NCBI GenBank assembly: GCA_963737065.1
Contig: CAVTRC010000001.1
Coordinates: forward strand, 608,001-672,000
Direction of reading: 5' to 3'
Source of the DNA: Candidatus Eremiobacteria bacterium
GTDB taxonomy: Bacteria > Vulcanimicrobiota > Vulcanimicrobiia > Vulcanimicrobiales > Vulcanimicrobiaceae
DNA: 64,000 bases
The first letter of the stretch is position 1. Each line of letters begins with the position of its first letter. Of this stretch, positions 39,214 through 49,904 are shown in pieces. Both the position numbers and the translations under genes were made by a program. The notes below the pieces were generated by a model that was given only the letters and a program-made list of their open reading frames with translations, was not told where the DNA came from and did no database searches.

Positions 39214-40101
39214 TTAAGCCCAGCCGAGCAATTCCCTTGCCGCGCACTCGACGCCGTCAGACGGCAGCCAATGGGTCTCCGGCTCGCGGCGAAACCAGGC
39301 GCGTTGACGGCGCGCGTACCGGCGCGTAGCGCGCGCAAGCGTCGCGCGCAACTCTTCACACGTGCTCCATCCGCGCGCGTACGCGAGCGCTTGCGGATAA
39401 CCGAGGGCCGTCGCGGCAACCGCGTCCGCTCCGACGCGCTCCGCTTCGTCGACGAGTCCGTCGCGCAGCATTTCGTCGGTGCGCGACGCTATTCTTCGAT
39501 CGTTCTCCACCAGCGGCACGTCGAGAAAAATTTTCAGGAAGCGCGTTGCACGCTCGCCGGAAGCCGGCGAGGCATCGTGTGCGCTTTGCGGAGCAAGCGT
39601 AATCTCCAACGCGCGAAGGACACGATACGTATCTTGCGGATCGAGCGCTTCTGCTCGCATCGCGTCGTGACGGCGTAACCATTCGTGCAAAAACTCCGCC
39701 GGATGAGCCTTCGCCTCGAGCGCGAGCCGTTCTCGAAGCGCGTCATCATACTGCGCTGCAAGGCGAACGTCGCCGGTGAGCGCACGTACGTAAAAGCCGG
39801 TGCCGCCCACGACAATGACCCGACGGCCGCGCGCATGAATGTCGCGTATAATTGCCCGCGCCTCGCGCGCGAATCGTCCGGCGGAATACCGCTCGCGCGG
39901 CTCGAGAAAACCGATGAGATGGTGCGGAACATCGGCAAGCTGCTCGCGCGTCGGTGCCGCCGTGCCGATCGGCATATCGCGATACACTTGCCGGGAATCG
40001 GCTCCGATAATTTCAGCATCGAACGTCTTTGCGAGCGCGATCGCAAGATCCGTTTTCCCGCAGGCCGTTGGCCCGGCGAGCACGAGAACGCCGTCGCTCA
40101 C
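39214..40101 (-). CDS. miaA: tRNA dimethylallyltransferase
   Basis: GPTACGKT, DSRQVY, VGGTGFY, TRRYARRQ.WF. Confidence 0.96.
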   Translation of the reverse strand: MSDGVLVLAGPTACGKTDLAIALAKTFDAEIIGADSRQVYRDMPIGTAAPTREQLADVPHHLIGFLEPRERYSAGRFAREARAIIRDIHARGRRVIVVGGTGFYVRALTGDVRLAAQYDDALRERLALEAKAHPAEFLHEWLRRHDAMRAEALDPQDTYRVLRALEITLAPQSAHDASPASGERATRFLKIFLDVPLVENDRRIASRTDEMLRDGLVDEAERVGADAVAATALGYPQALAYARGWSTCEELRATLARATRRYARRQRAWFRREPETHWLPSDGVECAARELLGWA

Positions 40102-41789
40102 ATCCGTTTGAACATTTTCGCGAGGTCGTCGGGCGCGAGACGTACCATCGTCGGACGCCCGTGCGGGCAATGCATCGGGTTCGCACACACCTGCAGACGT
40201 TCGACGAGCGTCGTCATCTCTTCGGTTGCAAGGCGTTCGCCCGCAACGGTGACGGAGTGGCACGCGAGCGACGCCCAGACTCGTTCTCGAACGTCGCGCG
40301 CTTTCGCTTCGCCGGTCAAGTCTTCGAGGAAACCGGTCAGATCGAAGGCGCGCGCGCCGTAGCCGGCCGGTGTCGCCGTAATCCGGAACGTCTGTTCTCC
40401 GAACGGCTCGACCTCGAGTCCCGCTTCGCGCAGCATTTCACGCGCGCTTTCGAGTGCGACGGTCTGCGACGCATCGAGTTCCACGACGACCGGGACGAGC
40501 AACGGTTCAACGTGCGCACCCTCTAGCGCGCGCGACACAATGGTCTCGTATGCGATTCGCTCGTGCGCCGCATGCTGGTCGACGACGAGCAGTGAATCGC
40601 CGTCGCTAGCCAAGATATAGGTGCGGTGCAGCTGGGCCAATACGCGCAACCGGTGTCCCGGGACGTCCTGCGCATCAGCGGCAACGCCGTCATCGAAGAG
40701 CGATTGCACGTGCGCGAGCGACGCATCGATACCAGCCGGAGCGATCGACACGCGCGCGGACGGTACGGTGGCATCGCGAAACCGCTTCGTCGCATGGTTG
40801 CGTAGCGTCGCTGCGATCGCTCGCCGAACGGCGTCGAAAACTTGATTGCCGTAACGCAAGCGTACGTCGCTCTTCGTCGGGTGCACGTTTGGGTCAACGT
40901 GCCCGGGCGGAAGATCGAAGAACAGCACGCCGAACGGATGACGTCCGACCATTGCAAACGTCGAGTAGCCGGCGATCCACGCGCCCGCCATGAGCGTACT
41001 GCGCAACAGACGCCCGTTGACGAACAGCAATTGCATGCGCCGGTCCCCGCGATCGCTGCCGGGCGCGCTTATGAATCCGCGCACGCGGCCGTGCACCATG
41101 CGTGCGGCGTCGTCTTCGAGCGCAATCAGTGACGACGCGGCTTCCCTGCCGAACACCATGGCCAATCGCTCGCGGGCAGCGCCTGTCGACGGCATAATCC
41201 ATACGTCCTTGCCGTCGTGGCGGAGCGTGAACGTTACATGTGGATACGCGAGAGCGAACGTCGAGAGCCATGCTGAGATGCGCGTGAATTCCGCGCCGGC
41301 AGATTTAATAAACTCGCGACGTACCGGTACGTTTGCGAACAGCTCTTCCACGACGACGTGCGTTCCGCGAGGTGACGCCACCGGCTCGATGCCGTCGGCT
41401 CGTTCCGCATGCGCAAGCACGCGCGATCCGATCTCCGCATCGCGTGTCCGCGAACGCAGTTCGACGCGTGAGACGGCCGCGATCGATGCGAGGCCCTCAC
41501 CGCGAAACCCGAGCGTCGCAACCGTTTCCAGATCGGACGCGCCGGTAAGCTTGCTCGTTGCGTGCCGGCGCACCGCGAGCGGAAGCTCGTTCGGCGCAAT
41601 GCCGCGACCATCGTCAATAACCTCGATGCGATCGAGACCGCCGCGTTCGATGTTCACGGTCACGCGCGTCGCATCCGCATCGACCGCATTTTCGACGAGC
41701 TCCTTCACGACCGACTGCGGCCGTTCGATCACTTCTCCAGCCGCGATTTGGCCGATCGTCACCGGGTCGAGCAAACGGATCGTGGACAT
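40098..41789 (-). CDS. mutL: DNA mismatch repair endonuclease MutL
   Basis: QIAAGEVIERP, GFRGEGL, DQHAAHER, CPHGRP. Confidence 0.97.
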   Translation of the reverse strand: MSTIRLLDPVTIGQIAAGEVIERPQSVVKELVENAVDADATRVTVNIERGGLDRIEVIDDGRGIAPNELPLAVRRHATSKLTGASDLETVATLGFRGEGLASIAAVSRVELRSRTRDAEIGSRVLAHAERADGIEPVASPRGTHVVVEELFANVPVRREFIKSAGAEFTRISAWLSTFALAYPHVTFTLRHDGKDVWIMPSTGAARERLAMVFGREAASSLIALEDDAARMVHGRVRGFISAPGSDRGDRRMQLLFVNGRLLRSTLMAGAWIAGYSTFAMVGRHPFGVLFFDLPPGHVDPNVHPTKSDVRLRYGNQVFDAVRRAIAATLRNHATKRFRDATVPSARVSIAPAGIDASLAHVQSLFDDGVAADAQDVPGHRLRVLAQLHRTYILASDGDSLLVVDQHAAHERIAYETIVSRALEGAHVEPLLVPVVVELDASQTVALESAREMLREAGLEVEPFGEQTFRITATPAGYGARAFDLTGFLEDLTGEAKARDVRERVWASLACHSVTVAGERLATEEMTTLVERLQVCANPMHCPHGRPTMVRLAPDDLAKMFKRM

Positions 41790-41813
41790 GGGTGCCGAAA
41801 ACGTTCACCAATC

Positions 41814-42326
41814 ATGAATCCGCGCCTGTATCGCTGCGCGCTCGGCACGCCGTTCGGCGAAATGCAGATCGGGGTCGATTCGTACGGCGTCTTGATCGAA
41901 GTGTCACTACCGAACCGCGGACCGTTCTGCGATTCCCGTGTTGAAATGCCTTCGGCCGCTGAGGCAGGTATGGAGCGCGCGCGTTCGCAGTTGCTGGAAT
42001 ACTTCGGCGGCACGCGACGCACGTTCGATCTTTCGCTCGATGCGCGCGGCACGGAATTCGAGCGCTCGATATGGAAGCGGCTGGGCGCGATTCCCTACGG
42101 AGAAACGACGTCATACGGAGCGATCGCAAGCGAATTGCGATCGATCAACGGCGCGCGTGCCGTTGGTCGCGCCAACGGCGCGAATCCGATTCCAATCGTC
42201 ATTCCGTGTCATCGCGTCATCGGCAGCAACGGCGAACTGACCGGCTTCGGCGGCGGTCTTTCGCTCAAACGCGCCCTGCTCGAATTCGAGGGCGCGATCG
42301 CGCCTCAACCCCTGCGCTTGTTGTAG
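41814..42326 (+). CDS. ogt: Methylated-DNA-protein-cysteine methyltransferase
   Basis: IPYGETTSYG, ARAVGRANGANP, IPCHRVIG active site. Confidence 0.93.
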   Translation: MNPRLYRCALGTPFGEMQIGVDSYGVLIEVSLPNRGPFCDSRVEMPSAAEAGMERARSQLLEYFGGTRRTFDLSLDARGTEFERSIWKRLGAIPYGETTSYGAIASELRSINGARAVGRANGANPIPIVIPCHRVIGSNGELTGFGGGLSLKRALLEFEGAIAPQPLRLL

Positions 42327-42338
42327 CGGCCGTTTAAG

Positions 42339-44825
42339 CTAATCGGTTCGCAGAAACGAAAGTTGCACTTCCGTCGGCGTCGCACGCGCGATGCGGCGAC
42401 GCAACGGAACTTGCTGTTCGACATCCGCTTTGCCGCCGAGCGCGTCGGCAATTTCTCGTGCGCGCTCGATGACGGGCATCGGCAAACCGGCCATCTTCGC
42501 AACCTCGATGCCGAACGAACGCGACGAGCTTCCCGCCTGCACGCGATGCGAAAACACCGGAGCCCCGCCGCGCGCGGTATTCTCGACGGCGGTAATGTGA
42601 TAGTTCGCGACGAGCGCCCAATGCTCGGCGAGCGCGCAGAGCTCGTGAAAATGCGTCGCAAAAAGCACCATGGGCGATTGGGCTTCGAGACCGAGCAAGA
42701 ATTCGCAGATCGCCTGAGCGATCGAAAGGCCATCGATCGTTCCGGTGCCGCGTCCCACTTCGTCGATCAGCAACAGCGAGCGGCGCGTGCAGCGCCGCAG
42801 AATGTTGGCAGCTTCCGCCATCTCCATATAAAACGTTGATTGGCCCGACGCGAGATCGTCGCCGGCGCCGATGCGCGTGAAGATCCGGTCGACGACGCCC
42901 AGCCGCATCGCGCGCGCAGGGACGTACGACCCCAGTTGCGCCATGATCACGAGCAAACCAATTTGTCGCAGATACGTCGATTTGCCGCCCATGTTGGGGC
43001 CGGTAAGGAGAATGAACCGATGCCCACCGGCTTCCAGATGCGCGTCGTTCGGAACGAAGTTCGTGCGCAGGACCGCTTCCATTACCGGGTGCCGCCCATC
43101 GTCGACGCTGAGGATGCTTTCCTCGACGAACTCCGGTCGCACGTAGCCCCGTTGCGCGGCGCACTGCGCGAGCGCGCAGAGGACATCGATCTCGGCGATT
43201 GCGTCCGCCGCCGCGAGCAACGCTTCCGCTTGCGTCGCGACGCGCTCCAGAAGTTCTTCATACAGCCGCGCTTCGAGCTGTTCTTGACGCGATTGCGCGC
43301 CGGAAATCGCCAGCTCCAGTTCCTTGAGCTCCGGCGTGATGAATCGCTCGCCGGTCGTCAGCGTTTGCTTGCGAACGTAATCCGCCGGAACCGAAGCGGT
43401 GTGGCCCTTCGAGACCTCAATTGCATAGCCGAATGCGCTTGCGTATTTGATCCTCAGCGACTTGATTCCGGTACGCTCGCGCTCGCGCTCTTCCAGTTGC
43501 GAGAGCTTCGAGCGCGCCTCGGTACGCAAGGCGACGCATTCCGCGAGTTCCGCATGTGCGTCCGGACGAATGACGCCGCCATCGCCGACCGCAGCCGGAG
43601 GTTCATCGACGACCGTGCGCTGCAAGTCATCGAGCAAGATATCGAAGTTGTCGATCCGCTCGACCAGCACGGCAAGTCGCGGCGGTACGACCTGACGTAG
43701 CGGACGAATGACGTCCAGGGTGCGCCGCAGCGACACCAGATCGCGCGGCAACGCGCGGCGGAATCGCGCTTTCTGCGCGATGCGTTCCAAATCGAAACAT
43801 CCTTTGAGAATTTCACGAATCGCTTCGCGCCGCGCGTGTTCGCCGAGCAACGTTGCTACGGCGTCTTGCCGTGCCGCAATTTCGCGCGAATCGACGAGCG
43901 GCGCTAGGATCCACCGTGCAAGCATGCGCGAGCCCATCGTCGTCGCACATTCGTCGAGGGTAGCGAGTAGCGTCGCTCGCGGGTTCTGCCCTTGCGCACG
44001 CGTCAGTTCCAGGTTTTTGCGCGTCGAGGGATCGAGCGCGAGGAATTCCGCGCGACGATAGAACGTGGGCGAGTGGAGACCGTCGCTGCCATTCGTAATG
44101 CCGGTGCGCTTGACGAAGGCCGTCAACGCATCGAGCGCGCGATGAATCGCGAAAGATTCGTCGAGCGAAAATCCGTCGATTCCGGCGCGCGGCCGCGCTT
44201 CGACCAACCCGAGCGACGGCGCGGCGAGCCGCGCACCAACGGGCTCGAGCGCCGCCGAGAGCGTTGCACGAATGTCGGCCGGGACATCGCCCACGATCTC
44301 GGATGGGCCGATACGCGCGAGCTCGGCGAGCATTTCGTCGTACGCCGCTTCACCCGAAATTGCCGTCGCGGCGGAGTACCCGGTCGACACATCGGCATAT
44401 GCGAGCGCAAACGAATCATTGAGCAGCGACAACGCCGCCAAGTAATTGTTCTGCTTGCCGTCGAGTAGTTGCTCTTCAACGAGCGTACCGGGCGTAACGA
44501 TGCGCACGACATCGCGGCGCACGAGTTTGTTCGGCACGGGAACTTCAAGTTGCTCCGCGAGCGCGATAATGAAACGCTGCTGCACGAGTTTATGCAAATA
44601 CCCGGAGAGCGCGTGGTGTGGGACGCCCGCCATGGCGACGCGCCGGCCCGCGCCGGCTTCTTTACTGGTCAGCGCAATCTGCAACGCGCGCGCGATCGTT
44701 TCCGCATCCTCTCCGTACGCTTCATAAAAATCGCCGACGCGGCTAAGCAAAATTGCATCGGGATGTTTCGACTTCATCCCAAAGTACTGCTCCAGCATCG
44801 GCGAGTACTTGACCGCTTCGCTCAT
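42339..44825 (-). CDS. mutS: DNA mismatch repair protein MutS
   Basis: GDFYE, GPNMGGKSTYLRQ, STFYMEM, DEVGRGT, FATHFHEL. Confidence 0.97.
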   Translation of the reverse strand: MSEAVKYSPMLEQYFGMKSKHPDAILLSRVGDFYEAYGEDAETIARALQIALTSKEAGAGRRVAMAGVPHHALSGYLHKLVQQRFIIALAEQLEVPVPNKLVRRDVVRIVTPGTLVEEQLLDGKQNNYLAALSLLNDSFALAYADVSTGYSAATAISGEAAYDEMLAELARIGPSEIVGDVPADIRATLSAALEPVGARLAAPSLGLVEARPRAGIDGFSLDESFAIHRALDALTAFVKRTGITNGSDGLHSPTFYRRAEFLALDPSTRKNLELTRAQGQNPRATLLATLDECATTMGSRMLARWILAPLVDSREIAARQDAVATLLGEHARREAIREILKGCFDLERIAQKARFRRALPRDLVSLRRTLDVIRPLRQVVPPRLAVLVERIDNFDILLDDLQRTVVDEPPAAVGDGGVIRPDAHAELAECVALRTEARSKLSQLEERERERTGIKSLRIKYASAFGYAIEVSKGHTASVPADYVRKQTLTTGERFITPELKELELAISGAQSRQEQLEARLYEELLERVATQAEALLAAADAIAEIDVLCALAQCAAQRGYVRPEFVEESILSVDDGRHPVMEAVLRTNFVPNDAHLEAGGHRFILLTGPNMGGKSTYLRQIGLLVIMAQLGSYVPARAMRLGVVDRIFTRIGAGDDLASGQSTFYMEMAEAANILRRCTRRSLLLIDEVGRGTGTIDGLSIAQAICEFLLGLEAQSPMVLFATHFHELCALAEHWALVANYHITAVENTARGGAPVFSHRVQAGSSSRSFGIEVAKMAGLPMPVIERAREIADALGGKADVEQQVPLRRRIARATPTEVQLSFLRTD

Positions 44826-44944
44826 CGTGAAGCGTGTCTAGTTAGGTGCCTCTTGGCACGGCCCCTAGCCGTCCGATATGTTTCCTGTGGACAAGCGTAC
44901 AACGCATCGTTTCAACACGCTGACGCGCGCGGCGAGATCAGCAG

Positions 44945-46342
44945 CTAGAGCAAACTAACGACAGGCTGCGCTATGCGCACGCCGGCGTCGTCGAAGCGCT
45001 GGGACCGTCGAACAACGGTTCCGGTGCATCCCCAGACGTGCGCAGTTGCCACATCGACATCGAGCCACGGCTCTCGCGCGTAGAGCGCTGGATCATAGTC
45101 GTCCGGCATCGGCGCAATCACCGTGACGTTATCGAGTGTCTTTGCCGCGAGCTTCGTCTCGTCTTTCTTTGAAGGACCAACGATGAGCGCGCGAACGGTC
45201 GTTCCGACCTTGCGATCGTGATAAGCGCGCGTCGACGCATTCTGCGCGTCGAGCAATCGTTTGAAACGCTCCGCCGCGACGTCGCCAGGCACTTGCGACC
45301 AACGCGCGGCCGGTGTTCCGCGGCGGATCGAGTAGATGAACGTAAACGCGTTACTGAAGACATTCGTCTTTACGTAGTCGAGCGTTGCTTGGAAATCCGT
45401 CTCCGTCTCGCCCGGGAAGCCGACGATGATGTCCGTCGTGATTGCCCAGTCGGGCAGATAGCGATGGATCGATTCTACTTTGTCGCGAAACTGCGCCATC
45501 GTATATTTGCGGTTCATCCGGCGTAGTATAGCGTCGCTTCCCGACTGCAAGGGCAAATGGACCCGCGGATTGAGTTGGCGAACCGCGGCGAGATCGGCAA
45601 CGATTTTTTCGGTAAAATCCTTGGGATGCGGTGAGATGAACGTCAGCCGTTCCAATCCGCGCACGGCGCCGACCGCTTTGCACAGATCGCCAAAGTCCTC
45701 ACGGGTTGCCGGATCTTTCCACGCGTTGACCGTTTGTCCGACAAGCATCACTTCGCGCGCGCCCGACGCAATCAGACCCTCGACTTCCGCGACGATCTCG
45801 CGCAGCGGCCGGTGATCGAAGCGTCCGCGAACGTGCGGCACGATGCAGAACGTACAATAGTACGAACAACCGCGCTGCACCGTCACGAAGCCGCGCAGAT
45901 GTGAAAACGCATCGGTCACCGCGTCGGCGGAACCGCCGAGCGGCATCAACAACGCGCGCTCGCCGGTGAAATCGATTTCGTCAAATGATGCGTGCCAGGA
46001 CTGCAGTTGGTCGCCCAACTGCACCAATTCTTTCGTGCCGAACACCGCATCGACGTGCGGCGCGAGTGTTTGCATGCGGTCGCGATCTTGTTCCGCCAAG
46101 CAGCCCGTCACGACGAGACGGACATCGGGATCAGCGTCCTTGAGCACCTTGAAGTGGTTCATACGCCCGTACGCACGCCGCTCCGCGTTGTCACGCACCG
46201 TGCACGTGTTGAGCACGACGACATTCGCTTTTTCGGGGTTCGATGCGATCTCGTAGCCGGCGGAAGCGGCACGATCCGCGATGTATTGCGAATCGGCTTC
46301 GTTCATCTGGCAGCCGAACGTCTCGATGTAAATTGTTGCCAT
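44945..46342 (-). CDS. miaB: tRNA-2-methylthio-N6-dimethylallyladenosine synthase
   Basis: TFGCQMNEADS, NTCTVR, GCSYYCTFCIVP, HLPLQSGS, DIIVGFPGET. Confidence 0.95.
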   Translation of the reverse strand: MATIYIETFGCQMNEADSQYIADRAASAGYEIASNPEKANVVVLNTCTVRDNAERRAYGRMNHFKVLKDADPDVRLVVTGCLAEQDRDRMQTLAPHVDAVFGTKELVQLGDQLQSWHASFDEIDFTGERALLMPLGGSADAVTDAFSHLRGFVTVQRGCSYYCTFCIVPHVRGRFDHRPLREIVAEVEGLIASGAREVMLVGQTVNAWKDPATREDFGDLCKAVGAVRGLERLTFISPHPKDFTEKIVADLAAVRQLNPRVHLPLQSGSDAILRRMNRKYTMAQFRDKVESIHRYLPDWAITTDIIVGFPGETETDFQATLDYVKTNVFSNAFTFIYSIRRGTPAARWSQVPGDVAAERFKRLLDAQNASTRAYHDRKVGTTVRALIVGPSKKDETKLAAKTLDNVTVIAPMPDDYDPALYAREPWLDVDVATAHVWGCTGTVVRRSQRFDDAGVRIAQPVVSLL

Positions 46343-46420
46343 AGCTGGGTCGAGGGGGCGCTGTTCGCTCCCTTCCGAATGGAACCCCCCGTGCAAACCA
46401 TTGAGCCCGCCGGCGGCAGC

Positions 46421-47779
46421 ATGCTGCGGCCGGCGACCGTCGCGATCGTCGGACGGCCAAACGTCGGGAAGAGCGCGCTCTTCAACCGCTTGATCGGCCA
46501 GCGTCTCGCGATCGTCGAAGACACGCCGGGCGTGACGCGCGACCGGTTGTACGCGATCTGCGAGTGGCGAGGCCGGACGTTTAGCGTCGTCGACACGGCC
46601 GGCATAGATCCGGATGCGGATATGGCGCACGGCGACGCGTTTGCCGAAGCCACGCGCCGTCAAGCCGAAGCCGCTGCGCACGAAGCCGATGCAATCGTCT
46701 TCGTCGTGGATGCGCAATCCGGACTCCATCCGCTCGACGAAGACGTCGCAAAGATTTTGCGCTCGCTGCGCCGGCGTGTCGTACTCGTTGCGAATAAAAC
46801 GGAGTCACCGAGCGCGCTCGCGTCGGTGCATGCCGAGTTTTCGCGCCTCGGCTTTGGTGAACCGGTCTCGGTTTCGGCGATTCACGGCGAAGGCACCGGC
46901 GATCTGCTGGATCGCATCGTCGAACTTCTTCCGTCGCAAGCGCCGAACGCAATGGCCGAAGATGAACTCGCGCTCGCCATCATCGGGCGTCCGAACGTCG
47001 GAAAGAGTTCGCTCCTCAATTCCTTGATCGGTGAAGAACGAGCGATCGTCTCCGACGTGCCGGGCACGACGCGCGATGCGATCGATTCGGTCTTTCCGTG
47101 GCACGACCGGAACATTCGACTCATCGACACTGCCGGCGCTCGCAAGAAACCCGAAGCGCATGGCGCGATCGAATACTACGCGGCGCTGCGTTCCCTCAAC
47201 GCAATCTCCCGCTGTGACATTGCAATTCTCGTCTTCGATTCGATGGCCGGCGTGACGGCGCAAGACCGCCGCCTCGCCGGACTCGCAATCGAAGAGCGCA
47301 AAGGCCTGATCATCGTCGGCAACAAGTGGGATCTCGCGCGCGAGCAACAAGGCGAGTTCAGTCAGGGTGAACTCGCAAACGTCATTCACGATCTCATTCC
47401 GTTCGCAAAATTCGCGCCCATCACGTTTTTGTCGGCCAAGACGAAACGCCGGTTGGGAAGCCTCATGCCGCTCGTCAATCGAGTCGCAGAGAATTTGAAT
47501 CGCCGCATTGCCACCGCGCCCCTCAACGCATTGATCCGCGACGCCGTGCTGGCCCATCCTGCACCGGCAAGCGGCGGCAAACTGTTCAAGGTCTACTACG
47601 CGACGCAACCCGCCGTCCATCCGCCGGTCTTTGTCTTCTCATGTAACGATCCGGATCTGGTCCAAGCATCATACAAACGATTTCTGGAAAACACGATCCG
47701 CCAGCACTTCGATTTCGAAGGCGTGCCGCTAACGCTTGAATTCCGTCCGCACCGCGAGCATGAGGCGTTCCACGCGTGA
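46421..47779 (+). CDS. der: Ribosome biogenesis GTPase Der (EngA)
   Basis: Two GRPNVGKS P-loops, DTAG motifs, KH-like C-terminus. Confidence 0.97.
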   Translation: MLRPATVAIVGRPNVGKSALFNRLIGQRLAIVEDTPGVTRDRLYAICEWRGRTFSVVDTAGIDPDADMAHGDAFAEATRRQAEAAAHEADAIVFVVDAQSGLHPLDEDVAKILRSLRRRVVLVANKTESPSALASVHAEFSRLGFGEPVSVSAIHGEGTGDLLDRIVELLPSQAPNAMAEDELALAIIGRPNVGKSSLLNSLIGEERAIVSDVPGTTRDAIDSVFPWHDRNIRLIDTAGARKKPEAHGAIEYYAALRSLNAISRCDIAILVFDSMAGVTAQDRRLAGLAIEERKGLIIVGNKWDLAREQQGEFSQGELANVIHDLIPFAKFAPITFLSAKTKRRLGSLMPLVNRVAENLNRRIATAPLNALIRDAVLAHPAPASGGKLFKVYYATQPAVHPPVFVFSCNDPDLVQASYKRFLENTIRQHFDFEGVPLTLEFRPHREHEAFHA

Positions 47780-48456
47780 GCGGTGAAACGTTCGTGGTCT
47801 TTCACGATCACGTCGGACTGACGTACGTTCTGACCGCCGTCGTCTCGTTTCTCATTGGGTCGATTCCGTTCGGGTACTTGATCGGGCGATTCTTTTATCG
47901 CACCGACCTGCGTCAGTCGGGCTCGGGAAATATCGGCGCAATGAACGCGTTACGAACGCTCGGCAAAGGCGGCGCGCTTTCCGTGCTCATCCTCGACGCA
48001 CTGAAGGGCGCGATACCGGTGCTGATCGCGCTGCATCCCGACGCGATTGATTTCCGCTCGACACACCTCCTCTGGTCGCATACCGATGTCTACGCGGCGC
48101 TCGCTGCAACCTTCGCAGTGCTCGGACATTGCTTCTCGCCTTGGCTGGGATGGAAAGGCGGGAAAGGCGTCGCGACGTCGTTCGGAGCGATCTTCGCGCT
48201 TAGCTGGGCCGCCGGACTCTTCGCCGTTCTCGGCTGGGTTGTCGGCGCGTTGCTGGTGACGCGCTATTCGTCTGTCGGTTCGATGCTTGCAAACATCATC
48301 GCGCCGTTTGCGCTGTTCTATTTTACGCGCTCATCGGCCGAGGCGGCGTACGGTGTGTTCGTTGCGTTCTTCGTCATGTGGACGCATCGTGAAAACATCA
48401 TACGTCTTCGAACCGGTACGGAGAACAGGATTTCGCTTTCCCGGAAGGCGTCGTAG
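47776..48456 (+). CDS. plsY: Glycerol-3-phosphate acyltransferase PlsY
   Basis: GSIPFG, GSGNIGA.N, DALKG, GH...KGGKGVAT, HRENI.RL. Confidence 0.95.
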   Translation: MSGETFVVFHDHVGLTYVLTAVVSFLIGSIPFGYLIGRFFYRTDLRQSGSGNIGAMNALRTLGKGGALSVLILDALKGAIPVLIALHPDAIDFRSTHLLWSHTDVYAALAATFAVLGHCFSPWLGWKGGKGVATSFGAIFALSWAAGLFAVLGWVVGALLVTRYSSVGSMLANIIAPFALFYFTRSSAEAAYGVFVAFFVMWTHRENIIRLRTGTENRISLSRKAS

Positions 48457-48482
48457 GAGCGAAACCCGTATTGTGGCGGGTC

Positions 48483-49046
48483 ATGATTTCGTCGAACGAC
48501 CTCCGCAACGGCGTCACGATCGTCGTTGACGGCAACCTCTGGACCGTCATCGAATTTTTGCACGTCAAACCAGGCAAGGGTGCGGCCTTCGTCCGCACGC
48601 GTTTGAAGAACGTCAAAACAGGGACAACGCTCGAACGGACGTTTCGCGCGGGCGAAAAACTCGAGCGCGCAACGGTGGACAATCGCCGAATGCAGATGCT
48701 CTATAATGACGCCGAAGGTTTCCACTTCATGGATCAGGAGTCGTTCGAGAATTTCACCATCCAGCGCGAACTCATCGGCGACCCCGCCGATTTTCTCAAA
48801 GACGGCATGGTCGTCGACGTGCAGTTACACGAAGGGCTTCCGATCGGCGTCGATCTTCCGCCGCACGTCGAACTGCGCGTGACGCAAACCGACCCCGGGT
48901 TCAAAGGCGACACCGCCACGAACACCGGCAAGCCCGCGAAGCTTGAGACCGGTGCGACCGTCAACGTACCGCTTTTTGTCAATCCGGACGACCTCATCCG
49001 GATAGACACGCGCGACCGGCGCTACATCGGTCGCGTCAACGCGTAG
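48483..49046 (+). CDS. efp: Elongation factor P
   Basis: HVKPGKGAAFVR, TDPGFKGDTA, VPLFV. Confidence 0.97.
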   Translation: MISSNDLRNGVTIVVDGNLWTVIEFLHVKPGKGAAFVRTRLKNVKTGTTLERTFRAGEKLERATVDNRRMQMLYNDAEGFHFMDQESFENFTIQRELIGDPADFLKDGMVVDVQLHEGLPIGVDLPPHVELRVTQTDPGFKGDTATNTGKPAKLETGATVNVPLFVNPDDLIRIDTRDRRYIGRVNA

Positions 49047-49084
49047 TCGATGTAGTCGCGCGCAATACGCATAGTTTAACCGGC

Positions 49085-49858
49085 ATGCTCCTCACGATCG
49101 AACTCTTTGGCGCAGCGTTTTTCGCGAGCGTCTTCGGATCGATGGTGGGCTTAGGCGGCGGTTTCATTCTCGTACCGATTATGCGCCTCGTCTTCGGCCT
49201 CGCTCCGGCGGAAGCGGCGGGAACCTCGCTCGTTCTCGTTACGGCGAATAGCGCGTCGGGCGCATTCACCTATCTCTTGCAAAAGCGCGTAGACGTCAAG
49301 CTCGGGTTGACGTTCGCCGCGGGCGGGTTGCCGGGCTCGATCGCCGGCGCAATCATCACCAAACACATCGCGCCGCGCGACTTCGACTGGGCGTTCGGGA
49401 TTTTTCTCATCCTGGTCGCCGTCGACATGATCTTCAATGCGGCAAAGCGCGTCGGGGCACGCGTCGAAACGAACGTCGGTTTACGGAAAGCGATGTCGTT
49501 CCGCGCAGCCCTCACGATAGGCTTCGTCGTCGGCTTGGTGTCGAGTCTCTTCGGCATCGGCGGGGGCGTGATCGTCGTACCGTCGCTGCTGTATTTCTCG
49601 AGTTTGCCGGCGCACGCGATCAGCGCAACGTCGCACTTCGTGATCGTGCTAACGTCGCCGGTGGGCCTGATCGCACACGGCTTTCAGCACGACATTAACG
49701 TCGCCTATGTCATCCCGCTTGTCGCCGGCGGCCTCTGCGGCGGACCGATCGGCGCGCGCCTCTCCGTGCGTTTGAAATCTCCGCAGTTACTGATAATCGT
49801 CGGCGTTGCGCTCGTCTGCGTGGCGCTTTCGCTCGGTCTACGGCATGTAATTCACTAA
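49085..49858 (+). CDS. TauE/SafE (sulfite exporter) family protein
   Basis: Repeated GLGGG...VP and GIGGG...VP motifs; multiple TMs. Confidence 0.88.
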   Translation: MLLTIELFGAAFFASVFGSMVGLGGGFILVPIMRLVFGLAPAEAAGTSLVLVTANSASGAFTYLLQKRVDVKLGLTFAAGGLPGSIAGAIITKHIAPRDFDWAFGIFLILVAVDMIFNAAKRVGARVETNVGLRKAMSFRAALTIGFVVGLVSSLFGIGGGVIVVPSLLYFSSLPAHAISATSHFVIVLTSPVGLIAHGFQHDINVAYVIPLVAGGLCGGPIGARLSVRLKSPQLLIIVGVALVCVALSLGLRHVIH

Positions 49859-49904
49859 GACGTCCGCGCGCCACGGGGATGAATCCGATCTCGTCGTGCG
49901 TCCG

